NCBI GenBank assembly: GCA_964016885.1
Contig: OZ024763.1
Location: 23,436,001 to 23,500,000 of the forward strand
Source: Eledone cirrhosa
Taxonomy: Eukaryota
Length of the DNA stretch: 64,000 nucleotides
Direction of reading: 5' to 3'
The translations under genes and the position numbers were made by a program. Of this stretch, positions 61,001 to 64,000 are shown in pieces; position 1 is the stretch's first letter, and each line of letters starts with the position of its first letter. The notes under the pieces were generated by a model. The model was not told the origin of the DNA. It saw only the letters and a list, made by a program, of their open reading frames with translations, and made no database searches.

Positions 61001-64000
61001 GTGGATTAAGTCTACCCCAGTGTATTAGGCCAGTAGTTTGATGGAAGGTGAAAGTGGATTAAGTCTACCCCAGTGTATTAGGCCAGTAGTTTGATGGAAG
61101 GTGAAAGTGGATTAAGTCTACCCCAGTGTATTAGGCCAGTAGTTTGATGGAAGGTGAAAGTGGATTAAGTCTACCCCAGTGTATTAGGCCAGTAGTTTGG
61201 TGGAAGAGGAAAGTGGATTAAGTCTACCCCAGTGTATTAGGCCAGTAGTTTGATGGAAGGTGAAAGTGGATTAAGTCTACCCCAGTGTATTAGGCCAGTA
61301 GTTTGGTGGAAGAGGAAAGTGGATTAAGTCTACCCCAGTGTATTAGGCCAGTAGTTTGATGGAAGGTGAAAGTGGATTAAGTCTACCCCAGTGTATTAGG
61401 CCAGTAGTTTGGTGGAAGAGGAAAGTGGATTAAGTCTACCCCAGTGTATTAGGCCAGTAGTTTGGTGGAGGAGGAAAGTGGATTAAGTCTACCCCAGTGT
61501 ATTAGGCCAGTAGTTTGGTGGAGGAGGAAAGTGGATTAAGTCTACCCCAGTGTATTAGGCCAGTAGTTTGGTGGAGGAGGAAAGTGGATTAAGTCTACCC
61601 CAGTGTATTAGGCCAGTAGTTTGGTGGAGGAGGAAAGTGGATTAAGTCTACCCCAGTGTATTAGGCCAGTAGTTTGGTGGAGGAGGAAAGTGGATTAAGT
61701 CTACCCCAGTGTATTAGGCCAGTAGTTTGGTGGAGGAGGAAAGTGGATTAAGTCTACCCCAGTGTATTAGGCCAGTAGTTTGGTGGAAGGTGAAAGTGGA
61801 TTAAGTCTACCCCAGTGTATTAGGCCAGTAGTTTGGTGGAAGAGGAAAGTGGATTAAGTCTACCCCAGTGTATTAGGCCAGTAGTTTGGTGGAAGGTGAA
61901 AGTGGATTAAGTCTACCCCAGTGTATTAGGCCAGTAGTTTGGTGTAAGGTGAAAGTGGATTAAGTCTACCCCAGTGTATTAGGCCAGTAGTTTGGTGGAA
62001 GAGGAAAGTGGATTAAGTCTACCCCAGTGTATTAGGCCAGTAGTTTGGTGGAGGAGGAAAGTGGATTAAGTCTACCCCAGTGTATTAGGCCAGTAGTTTG
62101 GTGTAAGGTGAAAGTGGATTAAGTCTACCCCAGTGTATTAGGCCAGTAGTTTGGTGGAAGAGGAAAGTGGATTAAGTCTACCCCAGTGTATTAGGCCAGT
62201 AGTTTGGTGGAGGAGGAAAGTGGATTAAGTCTACCCCAGTGTATTAGGCCAGTAGTTTGGTGGAGGAGGAAAGTGGATTAAGTCTACCCCAGTGTATTAG
62301 GCCAGTAGTTTGGTGGAGGAGGAAAGTGGATTAAGTCTACCCCAGTGTATTAGGCCAGTAGTTTGGTGGAGGAGGAAAGTGGATTAAGTCTACCCCAGTG
62401 TATTAGGCCAGTAGTTTGGTGGAGGAGGAAAGTGGATTAAGTCTACCCCAGTGTATTAGGCCAGTAGTTTGGTGGAAGGTGAAAGTGGATTAAGTCTACC
62501 CCAGTGTATTAGGCCAGTAGTTTGGTGGAAGAGGAAAGTGGATTAAGTCTACCCCAGTGTATTAGGCCAGTAGTTTGGTGGAAGGTGAAAGTGGATTAAG
62601 TCTACCCCAGTGTATTAGGCCAGTAGTTTGGTGTAAGGTGAAAGTGGATTAAGTCTACCCCAGTGTATTAGGCCAGTAGTTTGGTGGAAGAGGAAAGTGG
62701 ATTAAGTCTACCCCAGTGTATTAGGCCAGTAGTTTGGTGGAGGAGGAAAGTGGATTAAGTCTACCCCAGTGTATTAGGCCAGTAGTTTGGTGGAGGAGGA
62801 AAGTGGATTAACTCTACCCCAGTGTATTAGGCCAGTAGTTTGGTGGAGGAGGAAAGTGGATTAAGTCTACCCCAGTGTATTAGGCCAGTAGTTTGATGGA
62901 AGGGGAAAGTGGATTAAGTCTACCCCAGTGTATTAGGCCAGTAGTTTGGTGGAGGAGGAAAGTGGATTAAGTCTACGCCAGTGTATTAGGCCAGTAGTTT
63001 GGTGGAAGAGGAAAGTGGATTAAGTCTACCCCAGTGTATTAGGCCAGTAGTTTGATGGAAGGGGAAAGTGGATTAAGTCTACCCCAGTGTATTAGGCGAT
63101 TAGTTTGGTGGAAGAGGAAAGTGGATTAAGTCTACCCCAGTGTATTAGGCCAGTAGTTTGGTGGAAGAGGAAAGTGGATTAAGTCTACCCCAGTGTATTA
63201 GGCCAGTAGTTTGGTGGAAGAGGAAAGTGGATTAAGTCTACCCCAGTGTATTAGGCCAGTAGTTTGATGGAAGGGGAAAGTGGATTAAGTCTACCCCAGT
63301 GTATTAGGCCAGTAGTTTGATGGAAGGTGAAAGTGGATTAAGTCTACCCCAGTGTATTAGGCCAGTAGTTTGATGGAAGGTGAAAGTGGATTAAGTCTAC
63401 CCTAGTGTATTAGGCCAGTAGTTTGATGGAAGGTGAAAGTGGATTAAGTCTACCCCAGTGTATTAGGCCAGTAGTTTGGTGGAAGGTGAAAGTGGAATAA
63501 GTCTACCCCAGTGCATTAGGCCAGTAGTTTGATGGAAGGTGAAAGTGGATTAAGTCTACCCCAGTGTATTAGGCCAGTAGTTTGATGGAAGGTGAAAGTG
63601 GATTAAGTCTACCCCAGTGAATTAGGCCAGTAGTTTGATGGAAGGGGAAAGTGGATTAAGTCTACCCCAGGGTATTAGGCCAGTAGTTTGATGGAAAGTG
63701 AAAGTGGATTAAGTCTACCCCAGTGAATTAGGCCAGTAGTTTGGTGGCAGAGGAAAGTGGATTAAGTCTACCCCAGTTATTAGGCCAGTAGTTTGATGGA
63801 AGGTGAAAGTGAATTAAGTCTACCCCAGTGTATTAGGCCAGTAGTTTGATGGAAGGTGAAAGTGGATTAAGTCTACCCCAGTGTATTAGGCCAGTAGTTT
63901 GATGGAAGGGGAAAGTGGATTAAGTCTACCCCAGTGTATTAGGCCAGTAGTTTGATGGAAGGTGAAAGTGGATTAAGTCTACCCCAGTGAATTAGGCCAG
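49003..64000 (+). repeat. Satellite array B: 53-bp monomer, over 280 copies, runs off the window end
   Basis: Consensus ggccagtagtttggtggaagaggaaagtggattaagtctaccccagtgtatta, period 53. Confidence 0.99.

Overview
Gene-free, microsatellite-rich animal DNA. The repeat repertoire looks like an octopod cephalopod genome (inference from recalled repeat families, not a search). About 37 kb of the 64 kb is two satellite arrays: a 58-bp monomer (~10.2-32.25 kb) and a 53-bp monomer (~49.0 kb to the window end). Each has ~2.5-kb higher-order duplications, and each has a dispersed or short-tandem homolog elsewhere in the window. The other ~27 kb holds dead, 5'-truncated RTE LINEs with a PHD-like finger inside ORF2, CR1-like and L1/Tx1-like LINE 3' ends, tRNA-derived SINEs, Helitron-type 3' ends and (TA)n/(CA)n/(CAT)n microsatellites. 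The most striking unannotated signal is a dense population of short non-coding elements carrying type I hammerhead ribozyme motifs, of the minimal kind associated with Penelope-like elements. There are about a dozen complete or near-complete motifs from at least 7 unrelated sequence families, plus relics. Most lie next to (TA)n tracts and many lie in long palindromes. They show recurrent core variants (U.U at the base of stem II; CAGAAGA and CCGAUGA cores). Several palindromes are centred exactly on hammerhead stem II. No host protein-coding gene and no Penelope ORF was recognised. All folds were done by eye.
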